The notes under the pieces: generated by a model
What the model saw: the letters and a program-made list of their open reading frames with translations, nothing else
Databases searched by the model: none
Told to the model about the DNA's origin: nothing
Part shown: positions 24,340 to 37,398 of the stretch, in pieces
Position numbering within the stretch: position 1 is the first letter of the stretch
How the letters are laid out: each line of letters begins with the position of its first letter
Made by a program: the position numbers and the translations under genes
Assembly: GCA_001949185.1 (NCBI GenBank)
Contig: BDGG01000008.1
Span: 558,001 to 622,000, forward strand
Direction: 5' to 3'
DNA: 64,000 bases
Source: Ramazzottius varieornatus
Lineage: Eukaryota > Animalia > Tardigrada

Positions 24340-27300
24340 ATGGTTCTAAAGGCGCTGGAGTTCAAGGATTGCGCTCTGGACGATCCAGAGTTCCGCCATG
24401 TAAGTTATCGTGCGCAACACTATGCAATTTCTTTTGATGTGTTTCTATCCGCTGGTGCTTTTCGCAGAATCTGCAGCAACATGAGAAAGAACTGGAACGC
24501 TCAAATCGGGATATTAAGCAACTGATAAAGGAATGCACTGACGTGATTACCGCTTCTATAAGTAAGTCTGGTTCTCTACGTGTCTTCTCTTTCTGGATTG
24601 TCATCGCTACTAACGAACCCTTTGGCTTATTGCACCGTTTGCTTTTTGCCAGCTCTGTCGAGGCTGCAGAAACAGCTGGCTGGAAATCTGATGGATTTTA
24701 ATTTCGAAACCCTCGGAGAAAGCAAGACGGATGACGAGCTGGCCATCTCGCAGTCCCTCAAGGAGTTTGGACGAATCCTCCGCGATATCGAAGAAGAAAG
24801 GATGAAAATTGTGCGTCTCAGATTTCATCCGAGTCGTTTGCCTGTCTTGAAACTGACCGGCGTTTCTCTTGACAGTTCAACAACGCCATGGACCAGTTTA
24901 TCCGCCCATTGGAGGACTTCCGGCGGAAGCAGATTGGAAACGTGAAGGTACGATTTTGCATGAATATGAATACGTGTGCTTTGTGTATGAATGTGAAGTG
25001 CCGAAGCATGGTATATCGCTATTGTGAGTACGGCGAACGATTTGGTTTTACCGTATTATACTATCGATTCTTGGTCGTTACAGGCGGAGAAGAAGGTTTT
25101 TGACAAGGAGTCATCCAAGTTTTACCAGTCACAGGAGAAACACCTGAGTCTTTCCGCCAAAAAAGACGAAGGTGTATTACGTGAAGCTGATGTTGATCTC
25201 CAGCTTCAGAAACGTCATTTCATCCAAGCCTCCCTACGTTATGTGAAGGCTATACAGGAAGTTCACGAGAGGAAGAAGTTCGAGTTCGTCGAAACGGTAA
25301 GTGGCCGCAATTCTGTAGGACCTGCGTTTAGATTCTGGAGGCGACCTCTAGAATTTATATCAATTTCAGCTTTGGAGTTTCATGTACAGCTGGATGAACT
25401 TCTTCAAGATCAGTAAGGAAATAGCCTGTGAAGCACGGCAAGCGCGGAACAGTGAACATGTTCCTATTCTTACTTTCCATGTTTGCAGGTTACGATGTAA
25501 CAAAAGAATACGAGCCATATATGAAGGATTTACAGGTTCGCGTCCAGAAGGTAAGCTTGTGTACAGTGGTGCTATCTTCTCTTCTTCTCCATGCTTGTGT
25601 ATAATGTTTGAAAAGTTTAAGTTCGTTTACCCGAATAGTATTTGAGGAACTCTTAATTAAACAGTGTTATCTTTTTACGATGTTTTCCGAGATACATGTA
25701 ATATTTGAATTATTTATCTCTGCCATTCACTGTGTTTATTTTAGACTCGCGACAACTTCAACACCTTTTGTACAGAGGCAGATGCATTGATGAACAAGAT
25801 AGTAAGTGCGCAGAAAAGATTCATTTCAATATGATCAGTGATCTTATTTCCAAAATTTCACCCATAGAAGACGAATGAGAACGTTGTCGGCGAGGAAAAC
25901 TGTGCTCCGATAAGTGGATTTCTGTACCTTATGGAGAAAAGTACGTTTTCCTTTGTTTGGCTTCTCTGTGCCAGCGATCGTATCTGAAAGTTGTGAATGC
26001 GGACGTATCATAGAAACATTCTGTGCTCCACAGAAGCCTTTGCGACAACATGGACAAAGCACTACTGTACATATGACAAGTCCTCAAGACTGCTGACAGT
26101 GGTAAGGCAAACAATAGTGACATTCTGTAGAACCTGAAATTTGGAAACGATTCAGCGCCACGAACCAACTTTGCCGTTCATTTCTTTCAGTTACCCTTCT
26201 CGCACACTCATGGCAAAGCAACTGGCGCTCCTGATGTGTACACGCTGAAGACCTGCTTCCGGTAAGACATGGTAACTGCTGCACATCTTCCCTTCGTGAG
26301 ATTTGAGATACGTGTTGTTTTCAGGCGTTCGAATGACAGTATTGACAAGCGATTCTGCTTCGACATTGCTGTAGAGGGAAATGCCAATACCATGACTTTT
26401 CAGTCCTTGTCCGAAGAGGACCGATCTCGATGGATTGATGCTATGGACGGTAAAGAACCGGTTAGTAGTGGACTCAGGTGGTTTCCCGCAATGGTACCTG
26501 CAAGGCCTTGATTGTTCGTAGATTTACGAGCAGCCCTGGAAGACTGCAACAAAGGAACCCGAATGTAAGTAAATTTCAATCTGGATTCGACTTGCGGCTG
26601 AGACGTATCATTCGTAGTTGCCACTTCACTGAACGACGCCGGATTTCGCTTCGTAACAACCTGCTTCGATGCAATAGAGAGACGGGGTGAGATATTGGAC
26701 CTATCGGCTTTTCCACCGCGTCCTCAACGGGCAATGGGAATATCTTATAAAAGTTTTAGGCATACAGGAGCAAGGACTGTATCGAGTTTCCGGTGTGAAC
26801 TCGAAAGCCATGCGGCTTTTGCAAGTTTCGCTTGGTGAGACTAGGCTTTTCTTAGGCTGCGAGACCATGCTCCTCCGCTGAAGTACTTCTAATCTTGTCG
26901 GAATTTTTATCTTACACAGAAAACAGTGAGAAGTTCGACTTATCGGACGAGAACGAGTGGGAATTGCGAACGCTGACAAGTGCCGTCAAAGCTTATTTCA
27001 GGTAAAATACTCGCGCATTGTACTGTATGTGGCGCGGTACAGTTGATCGGTAAAGCGAATAAACACGTAACTGAGAAATCATTTAGGTTGCTACCCGAAC
27101 CTCTCATGACTTTCCGACTGCACAAGCCTCTGATTGAAGCCGCCAGTAAGTAGAGGCTGTAGAATGATGTGTGCCAAGATTGGCATTCAGTGAAACGGAC
27201 TTTTTACTGTAGAGAAAGACAGCAAAGCCGAGCGTGTGAGTGAGATCCACTTCCTGGTCCACACTTTGCCAGAGAAGAAGGAACGCAAGATGCTGGAGCT

Positions 27301-28830
27301 TCTGATACGGCACCTGGCAAAGTAAGAACCCATATCCGTCTGTTATCCTCCAGTTGAGCCACAGGGACAGATCATATTCGACGTAGTAAAACGATTGGAA
27401 GCTGACGTTTGGTGATTTTGTCTTTTCAGAGTTGCAGCAAACTCAAACCGAAACCTGATGACTTCCGCGAACCTCGGAGTGTGCTTCGGCCCATCTTTAC
27501 TTCGTCCAAGAGAAGAAAGTGTAGCTGCTTTGGTGGACATCAAGTTCTGCAATGTCGTCATCGAAATCCTCATTGACAACTGGCAAAAGGTAGGATTGTA
27601 CTGTTTATGTCCACCGAAAGACTCGCGTGCTACCTTTGACCAGCCTTTACTTATCTCAGGTTTTCGGTGCACCGCCAATGGGAGCTTCCAGACTTGGCGT
27701 TGGCGTGCCCTCCAAACCGGAAGTTGGCCAGTTGTCTCGCAGCAGTCCGTCCTCAGTCTCCGGCTCTTCCCCTCAAGAACGTCTTCGGAACAAGTTCTCC
27801 ACCCTGCACAAAAGAGAAGCACCCGTGGATGTTGCGTATAAGCACCATCAGCCAGTTGCTGCAACGGAAGAGAAGCCAAAGAACCTCACGTTTCTCCCCT
27901 CGACAAGATCGACCGAGCACTTGAACAATAGTTCCTCTGTATATTACTCAGTTCCTTTCGAAGAGCCCACAGTCAATGGCACAAGAGAACACAATGGTCC
28001 TGTGGTGCTACGAGACCACCCTCGGTCTTCTTCCGATGGTCGAGTCGCCAGTGTGGTGGCTCGATTGTCAGCGCCGGTGCCTTACTCGGGCTTCAACAGC
28101 CCTTTCAACCGACAGCCCCTGCCCATGGCCGTCCACGACGGGCCGCGGGACGGAAGAAAGAACTCTGATGGGACAGTCACGGCCAAACCCCTGACGTCGT
28201 GGTCGGCTGAGAATGGATCTGAGCTGGGCAACTCGGGAACGAGATCAGGTTCGACCAGCACACGGGGGAGCGTGCAGAGTCTCCAAGGGAAACCGCAGTC
28301 CGCTGGCAAACCTGAAAGAGCAACTGTCCTCCCGGTGTCTTTCACTTCGCAGCTGTCTCCCTCGGATGGTGCTAGCAAATCTGCGATAAAGTATTATCCT
28401 TCATAATTTCATGTTTTTAACGGTATTGAAATTGGTTTTCGTGTCTGCAGTCTTCTCCAGTTGACTTCTTCTTTTGTCGTTTTCAGGAGTATAGCGTCGT
28501 CGCCGTTGCAAGCTTCGCTCCATGACCATCGGAACTCTTCGGATCCTTGTCCAAGCAAAAGGAAGGTTCGGACGTTGTTCCAGTGCCACGCTGATGCACC
28601 TTCTGAGCTTTCTTTTGAGCCTGATGAAATTATCACCTCGGGTATGGAGCCAGCATCTAAATTGTGCTAGGTTGATCGTTGGCGTCACTTCGACGAGCAA
28701 CCCTCCAATCATGTTTTTGGTTTTTGTAGTCCGTCAGTCGATCGAACCTGGCTGGCTGTATGGCGAGCTACGGGGTAAGACCGGACTGATACCAGAGAAC
28801 TACGTGGAGGATCTTCCGGATGGCTCATAG
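24340..28830 (+). CDS. Graf: GRAF/oligophrenin-family RhoGAP (BAR-PH-RhoGAP-SH3)
   Basis: N-terminal MVLKALEFKDCALDDPEFR; BAR (IQEVHERKKFEFVE); PH (SIDKRFCFDI, WIDAMDGKEP); GAP (GIQEQGLYRVSG, NLMTSANLGVCFGPSL); SH3 (ELSFEPDEII...EPGWLYGELRGKTGLIPENYVE). Confidence 0.93.
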
Positions 28831-29752
28831 TTTCTGAATTCTTCCGAACGTAAAGTGCCTCTTTTGACGCATGAAAGTGATTTTTACGTTTAAAATAGAT
28901 TCATCTTTCGAAGGACTTTTACCGAAGGTGCAGAGTTTGTTTTTTGCTCAATACAACGAGTATTTTTCAGCATCTCAATGCACGTTGCCTGAACGCAAAG
29001 TATTTTAGATCTGGTCTATCAATTTGCTCTTTCTGCATAACTTTATGAACACTAGATTATTTCAGGATCAGAATTGGTAAGTGTTTGCTTCCGCTTCCGG
29101 ATATACGTGGATGTTCCCTGCATCTTGACATCGGTACGACATGGTTCTTGAAACTTTTCTTCGGTCTGGTTTGTAGGCTCTGGTTCGTGGTTAGTATCCG
29201 AAACACTTGTCGTTGTGTTGCTCATCATAGCACGGTCTTTTGCGACTCTCCGGAAGGCGGAAAAGCTTTTCCGGCCTTTCCGGTCCTGCGCACCGGACAG
29301 TGGTCACTCATGTGGCTTGCAGCACGTACGTCAGGAGTATCAATGAGGTATACTTATATAGCGACGCACGGACGCACCTGCGATCGTTCATCCAACTGTA
29401 CGAACGCGTACGCCTGCTGAGGTTGCGCCATGGAAATTCCACTCAGATCTCTGTTTACCATGTTTTCGTTTTGCTCGCTACTTTGATCTGTCGGCGCAGC
29501 TTCTACATCTTTGCGTCGGACTGATTATCATCGTCGTAGGACGGGGACTCGATAAGCGCAGTTTCGGTTGACCGTCGAAGAAGAGAATCATCAGCTTTTC
29601 ACACTGAAGCCGACTTCCGGTGTCAGGTAAACCCTGTTTCTTCCTTCCGTGCTTGGATGACAGTATCTGCTTCTTTTCGTGTCCTCCGGCAGCTTCTATC
29701 GACGTCGACACCAGTCGGTCCCATATCTTATAGGTTATTATCAAGCTTCACC

Positions 29753-31790
29753 ATGAATCCTCATCTAAATCTGGGATATTGCTGCCTGAATACCGTCCTC
29801 CGTGAAGACGATGTGTTTTGTTCGAGAACCATGCGATTGGCCACGTTCAACGAGAAAGGACTGGAATACGCACAAGAGCTCGCTTTGCAGAACCTGCAGG
29901 ATATGCTGCCCATCATAGAATGGAACGAGAAGCACGGTATCAAGCTATTCCGAGTGTCTTCGGACATGTTCCCTCTGGCATCACACCCGGACTGTGCCTA
30001 TCCCCTGGACTTTGCTCAACCTCTGCTTAGCCAAATCGGCGACCTGGCTAGAAAGTACGGCCATCGCTTGACCATGCATCCTAGCCAACACCACGTTTTG
30101 ACCAACAAGACGGAGAAAACCTTTCAGATGACAGCTTTAGGTAAATACTTGACGTACGAGTCAAGCAGTCCATGTCGGCTATGATGGATAAATTGGGCAC
30201 CCCTCTTACAATAAATGCCATACATGCAAAATTCAGGGTGACCGACTTGTATTGCTTGTCAGCTGCCAGCCTGCCACTGGGTAATGATCAGGTTGGTCCA
30301 TTTTCATGATTGTTTATCATAGGCTTGGACCATCACGCGGAAATTCTGGACCGTATGGGGATGGACAGTTCTGCTGTAATGGTTATCCATGGTGGGGGAG
30401 TGTACGGCAATAAACCCGAAGCGTTGAAGACTTTCGAGGAGAACTTCATGCGTCTGAAGGAATCAACGCGAAATCGATTGGTTCTTGAAAACGACGAAAT
30501 GGTAAATTCCATTAAATCCTCCAGTTTTTTGCAAATTGATAATGATGAAGTTCTTACATTACTTTCTTCATAGGCTTATACGATCGAAGATTTATTACCA
30601 ACGAGCCAGAAGCTGAAGATTCCGATCGTTATCGGTATGTCTCCAAATTAATAAAACAGACGAAAGTTTACTGGTGGGATTCGATTGAGTGTAGAAGGAT
30701 TTCGAACATTGTTTTTATATGGAGTGTTTCTACAGATTATCACCATGATCTCATTTGCCCAAGCTCGAAACCCGCAGAAGCCTACCATGACGAAGTTTTC
30801 GCAGTCTGGGACGAGCGAGGCATCAAGCCCAAGGTCCACGTTTCCCAAAGTCCCGTGGATGTCGATATGAGTAGCAAAACTGCCCGGCGCAAACATGGCG
30901 ACTACATCGATGTCTTGCCTGACTCCTTGCTAAGCCTAAATCGTGACATCGATGTCATGTTTGAAGCCAAGATGAAAGAACAAGCTGTCCTTCGCTACCG
31001 CGGGATAATGAGCGGCGAAATCCAGACTGACCGGACAACATTTGAAGTTCCCATGACTTTGACCGTTGAAGAGATGAAGGAAGAAAAGAAGCTTCTAAAG
31101 AAGACAAAGTCTCCCTCTAAAGCGGTATCGTGACGATTTTAATAGCACCAATGGGACTTCGGCAAACTGACTCGAAAAGACGGATTTTCCAAGTGGCGCA
31201 CGCTTTCACTTAATAGCACTGAAAAGGCGCGCCACTGAGAAAACGATCGTAAGGAGTTGGTTGACATGCTCCCGAATAGGAGAGAGATTTTCTTGATCGT
31301 TGGAAATATTCTACTGTAAGAAGTTCAGGAATGGGTTTTACTTTTACAGAAGTCGTTATGCGAGGAATGTGAAGGTGAGGTTATCGAGACGGTGAAAGTT
31401 GAGAGGAAGGTAATCGTGAAGGCGAAAGCAGCGCCGAAGAAAGCGCCGGCGAAGAAAGAACCAAAGAAAGCAACAGTGGCATCTGCTAAGAAAACTCCTC
31501 AGATAGCTACACCAAAGAAGAAAGCGCCGAGGGGAATGTGGGTGGATATGTCTGCCTTGGAAGAACACAAGCGTATCAAGAAGCTGATTCGTGAGGCGGT
31601 GAAAGAACCCACACTTCCTAAGGGCCGCACGACGTCTTCAGCAGGACAACCGCAGTCCGCTGCGGATCTACCACAGATCTGTGTAGCCAGCGGGAGCGCT
31701 AGAAAGCGTGGAAGGCCAGCTGCCGCTGCGAAACGTCCCGCACCAAAGACAGCGCCTGCAAAGCAAGCGACTTCGAAGAAAGGAAAGTAG
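29753..31790 (+). CDS. UVDE: UV-damage endonuclease (UVDE/UvsE family) with C-terminal basic low-complexity tail, ~485 aa
   Basis: Exons 29753-30140, 30323-30501, 30574-30634, 30736-31124 and 31350-31790 (1458 nt, in frame). UvsE motifs: LGYCCLN, FRVSSDMFPLASHP, RLTMHP, VIHGGGVYG, RLVLENDE, IPIVIDYHH, PKVHVS, RRKHGDYI, DVMFEAKMKEQAV. Confidence 0.95.
31191..31237. mobile_element. Foldback/MITE-like element core in UVDE intron 4
   Basis: aagtggcgcac-N25-gcgcgccactg. Confidence 0.7.
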
Positions 31791-33937
31791 TCTGCGTGTG
31801 GTCGAGTCTTTGTTAGGTACAACCGTGTGTTTACCCTATTTGTTATTGGTGAACCGGAAACCTATGAGCCAACATAATCTTGACTCGAAGGACAGTTCAA
31901 TCGAAATTCGCTGTGTCTCCCTTTTTTACAGTATTTCGGTGTCGGTTATTTTGTACTCTTTCATAGTATGTCTCTAAGTACCTGGTATATCCAAAGGACA
32001 GTAAAAGTGCCCGTGTGGATTAAAATGTGCAGTAAGATACTTTAGCTAGAAATTCTGAAAACCAGGGGTGCAAACTTGCAATGTCAGTCGATTATTCGAA
32101 AATTGCCTCGGAAATCGCAGTGAGACTAATGTTTTCCGTGCCACCCAGAGAGGAGATGGCGCGTTATCACAGCCAAATGTGACGCTGGGACCTTCTCAAC
32201 TCCGGTATTGAGACAGATGAAGATGGAGGAAGTATCTGTGATACTTACGCTTGGTGTGGTTTTGCAGCTGCCCCAACACGTCAGCAATCGTTTTCCTCTT
32301 TCATCAACTTTTTTCTCTTCATGAAGACCCACTAATACTTGATCCAAGTGGTAGCTTATCGCATTGTGGCTCCACGTGCGACAGAGGAGGCTCATTCGAT
32401 AAACTTTCGGCATAATTTGCATAACCAAAACGTTTAAATTCAATGTGATTTGAGTGAGGAGCCCGGAGGGACCCTCTTCCATGTAGGGGCTGTCAGGAAG
32501 CCAAACGGAGTTCAGCCATAAGGGAAAGGCTTTGAATGGGCATTGTCGTGTCGGAGATCATAAAGAATAGGGCCAAATGATGTCGAAAGGAAGAAGTACT
32601 CAATATATCGTTAGTAGAGTGTGCAGCGATCATCACGCACCAACATCAATCGCGGCGGCGAACCGGTTCTGCCCGCTCTCCTTCCTGCTCCACATTCCAC
32701 AAAGCCTAAAAGTACGAACCGCGTAATATCTTGTTGGCGGTACGCTGTTCATTAGTGGCAGCTGTGGTGAAATGTTCATGGCTCATCAATCGACATTGAC
32801 ACTCTTTCCTGTCGATTCCAAGTCTTTCTTCGGTCAAGAACGATCGTGCTCTCGTGACTTCGATAAACTCCCGTTGAGAATGGAGGCCTAGGCCTGGTTT
32901 TCTGGAGTACTATTGCAGGTTGTTGTTGCTGCTGTATTTTCTTCTACCAATATTGGCAGCTGTGTTTATCTGCTCAAATGAAGTTAAAGGTATGACCAAA
33001 GCTTCGACCCACGTTGGAATGTTTTGCTTTCGCTAATGAAGGAATGGGTTTTGACTGGAGTTGTTATTTTTCTTTATTCTTATCCACGTCCTCGAGGTCC
33101 TGCAGGAAATCTCATCCTGGAGCTCGTCGCCTATGCAGAAAGCCATTAGCGCCTGTCAGGTGGGTGCTCGTATTTCCTTTGGGATTTGTGGAAGCTTTCT
33201 TGATTCCACAAATGCTATGATCGATATCTATACGACTTTCATGCTCCGTAATCTTGGGTGGAAAGGGATAAATAGCTTTCAAGTTCCACCTTCAGTGTTG
33301 GAGACACTGCGTTACATGACCGTGAGATTTTAGCGTGCGCGTTCTCGCGGCATCATGGGGATCATGGAGAGTTCGCAGGATGCTGGTACTCAAGGCCAGA
33401 CCATCCTTTTCCGCCCAGTGTGGGAAACAATATCTCCGATATCTTTGTGAATCACTTTGATTGATCTTGCCCGAAGGCTGGAGAATTCAGTCCGGGCTGG
33501 ATTAAATAAAGTTCATGGCCTGGCGGTCTAGTATTTGATCTTCTCTTAATCCTTGGGTCCCTGTCTTACCACTTCCGGGTCTTGGTGAGCTTGTATGGCG
33601 CTGTTGTGCGTAGACAAACATATTCTCGGATGATTTCGTCGTGTGAAATACTCTTCCAAAATTTCTTCTTCTGAAGGACCAAGAAGGAGCTTTGATATGA
33701 TTAGAGCACAGAATGGATAATGAGCAGCTGGTTACGAGCCATCTTCTGTATACTGCAGCCTAAGGATCAAACAGCGACATGTGTCATTTACCACTTAAGG
33801 ACCCTATTCGCATCGACATCATCTTCGTCAATTCCCAGTTGTCCAAAAAGGCAAATTGCTGAGCGGCACGCGCGTTCGCCGTGACGCTTATTGTTCGCCG
33901 TCACGACCCCGATCTCGAAGCCATAATCTTGCGGAAT

Positions 33938-36786
33938 ATGGACAACGGAAATTATACCTACGAGCGACCCGGGGACCCGGATCTCGACAGCCGGAAAGCC
34001 AAGGACGTTCTGCTGTATGCAATATTAATCCTCTTGAGTCTGGTAACCGTGGTAGGCAACGCCATGGTCATGGTCGCTGTGTGCCTTGTTCCCAAACTAC
34101 AACGTCCAGAGAACCTGCTCATCATCTCTCTGGCCATAGCAGACGAACTAATCGGAATAGTCGTCATGCCGGTCGCCGCGGTCTACGAGGTACGAGGTGC
34201 AGGACAAAATTCGGGCATATTTTTTCTTAGCTCCTGTTGGACGTAATCATAAGCTCCTTGTTTCCCGAGGTGCATCAGTCTCTCTATCCTCACGGTTAGA
34301 ACAGGCTCGAGAACGACAAAATGTTAAGGTCAGAGCAATCTGTCGTGGGAGGTCTGTCCAATGTTAAAGAAGCCCAAAGTTGTATCAACTGGCGTACGAT
34401 GAAATATCAATCAAGTGCTAAAACTTTTCGCTAAAACTTTTCGCAAAATAATGCTAAAACTTTTCGCATTAACCGAATTATGATGCGAAAATCGCTTATG
34501 TCCTGTATTATGTCGAATTATGTCCTGTACCTCGTACCGTTTTGTATTTCGGGATGTGGGCAAATGATTTGAACCTGTCTGTTTCTCAAGTGGCGCACAG
34601 TTCCGGTCTTTGGCGATGGAAGGCCGCCAGCTGAAGAACCAACTGGTCCAATCCATTGCACTCATCTTATCCGAATTTCAACATAATTGTTTTAACCAGC
34701 TTTTGATTTTTATTCGCCTGGTATCTTTTTTAGGTTCTGGAGTATTTTCCTTTTGGGAGTGTCGTTTGCAACCTATGGATATCGACGGACATCACCGCAT
34801 GTTCCGCTTCGATCTTGAGCCTCTGCGTGATCTCGTTTGATCGCTACCTTGTCATCTCTCGCCCCCTCAGAGTAAATCATCGATGTACCTTCGCCATGAA
34901 GAAATCAGCATGAAGATTTGAGAATTGAGAGGTCGGTAACACTCGGGTTGATTGTTACACCAAGTGGCGCAATTTTCTTTGTCATTGGCTGAAAGCGTGC
35001 GCTGCTTAAGGTGGCGATCATCCTAGAGATTGTTCGTCGATCTCTCGTTTCATCAGCGATTTAATTGGAAAGCAATTCGAATAATCGAATGAATCAAGTA
35101 ATTTTCGACCTTCCGGAAACAATTAGTCAGTTAATGACACAGTTTAACGCAGTATGATTTTTCATTTCAGTACGGACCAAAGCGGACGGTGCGTTGCATG
35201 GTTCTGAGTATTCTTTCGGTGTGGATTCTGAGCGTGATCATCAGCGTCCCGCCGGTGATCTTTTATGGTAATACCACAGAAGGGAATACTTGCCTAATTA
35301 GTCAGGAGCCGGCGTATCAGATCTACGCCACCATCACCGCCTTCTACGCACCGACGCTAATTATGATGATTGCTTACGTCAACATTCTGGTCCTGGTTCG
35401 TAAGATCCTTAGAACAGAACGACATCTGACCGCAGTGCCCTCTGCTCCTCGCGGTTTCGACGGGAACGGGTCTTCCGTCCATATGAGCCTCTTGAACGGC
35501 AAACAAGTGTACCCAAGACCAAATAACGCCCTCACGTTGCAAAGAAGGTAGACATCGTGCTTTAAAGAGTCCTGTCTCTTATCTCTGAGTAAGAACGCCG
35601 AAGGACAGCTGGGCAAACGAAACGTGTTGATACATCAGTGTTATCCGGAGTGGCGCACCCTTCCAGCCAATGCTAACGAAAATGTGCGCCACCCACGAGA
35701 ATAATCTTGCAAGTTTTGTCTGCCCAGCTCTCGGATGATATTTTTTCACGTTTCTCAAAACGCAATGAACTATGTGATCCATACAAAATTGAAAATCGGA
35801 GGTGTACGTCGCGCATGTAATTTTTTACTGCGATGAAAGATTGTGTGCTTCTGGTACGTTGCGCTTTGGGTCCTGACCTTCTGACACACTTCATTCGGCT
35901 GCGTGAGTAGCTCATGTTAGCGCGTCCTAACGAACACCTTAACGAAAGGTATTCATCCGCAGCTCAGCCGCTCATATTTCATTCTTCCACTTCTTCCACT
36001 TTAAGTGTGATGCGTACCGGGAGTAATGACTTCCTTGTTGGCGAACCATTTACAATATTGTGTCAATTCGAAAACGGATACAATTAATACAAGGACAATT
36101 AATACAATTAGTATAAGGATTCTTGTACAAGTTCAAAAGTCTTATGACGAACATCTGGTTAATGAATGAGCGTTATTTGCTTTGCGACCCTTTTGCCACT
36201 AATCTTTGCTGTTTTAATTTTTCAGCGCTTCGGCAAAGTCACAAGATTATGCCTACCGCGCTCCTTCCTCCAAGAAGTCTTCCATGGAATCCCGAGAGCT
36301 CAAAGCTATCCGGACATTGACGGCGATTGTTTTCGCCTTCCTGATATCATGGCTGCCCTTCTTCGTCGTGGCTCTTATCCGCCCTTTCTATCCTGGTGTT
36401 CCCAAATGGATTTCCGGTTGGTATCTCCTCTTTTCCCTTAAGAGTATTCGCTTCAATACTACTACAGTACATGTTCCAATCAATTTATCGTGTCGTTACA
36501 AGCAGGCTTGACATACTGGGCGGGACTTTCCAACAGTGCCATTAACCCAATCCTCTATTCCGTCTTCAACGCTGATTTTCGACGACCATTTGCCGAACTG
36601 TTGCGATGTCGTTGTTGGTCATTACGGAAGACCATGCGAGCGGAAAGCTATGAATCGCAGTTCGGGGATACAACGCGCGCGTCATTTCGCTCACGCACTT
36701 CGCCAAAGACAGATCGCAACATCCATAACGAAGCCATATTTTTCAAAACTAGGTCAGATTCTACAGTCCAAGAAAACGAGCTGTAG
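33938..36786 (+). CDS. Aminergic class A GPCR, 5-HT7-like
   Basis: Exons 33938-34189, 34734-34871, 35171-35547, 36226-36416 and 36506-36786. Motifs: GN (TM1), SLAIAD (TM2), [16 protein letters not shown] with D3.32, [32 protein letters not shown]. Confidence 0.88.
34417..34467. repeat. Short tandem repeat (gctaaaacttttc, 3 copies)
   Basis: Read directly in GPCR intron 1. Confidence 0.8.
34588..34632. mobile_element. Degenerate foldback element core in GPCR intron 1
   Basis: Left arm aagtggcgcac intact, with gggcaaatga upstream; right arm decayed. Confidence 0.5.
34962..35007. mobile_element. Foldback element core in GPCR intron 2
   Basis: aagtggcgcaa-N24-gtgcgctgctt. Confidence 0.68.
35609..35728. 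mobile_element. Foldback element with outer arms in GPCR intron 3
   Basis: gctgggcaaacgaaac...gagtggcgcac-N25-gtgcgccaccc...gttttgtctgcccagc. Confidence 0.72.
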
Positions 36787-37398
36787 CTACGGAGTTACCG
36801 TTTTTGTCTGTGACGCCGGTGGTGCCACATGCAGAAAAGATGGTGTTTTTTTACGGTGTTTCACTAAATCGGCAATCCATCTGCTGGGCTGAAGCTCACA
36901 AAATAAAAAAATGATCTTATAATAAACGCAAGGCATCCTGTCGAGAGAACAATCGAGCGTGGAACTTTCCCATCAGAAAAACAAGATGGACGTTTTCAGT
37001 CACTGTAATGTCATATACATGCAGACTTCCCATACGCGAAGGGTGCCACCTATAGGGGACTTTTGGTCGTTGACGACAGAGGGCGCCAGGGTAAGACTCT
37101 ATGAAGAGATCTGGGAGGGGTTCGTCCAGCTCACCGAAGTATCTTCGTTTTTCTTTATGTGCGCCCCAGTATGTGACACTGCCACGATTAAACCGGTAAA
37201 GATATTGCTGCTTGTTTTCATACATACGTCAAGCTTTCTGTAAGTCTGACAAGGTCTCACATACAACAAAGACAAAATCGGACATGTTGTGTAGTTAAGG
37301 TCGCACTTCGCAGATCAGAGAAGCAGGGAAGGTTGGCCGACAGAATGCTGACTTGTGTCTTCCAGAATGATACTTGATCCTGTCGAGCAAGAGCTACT

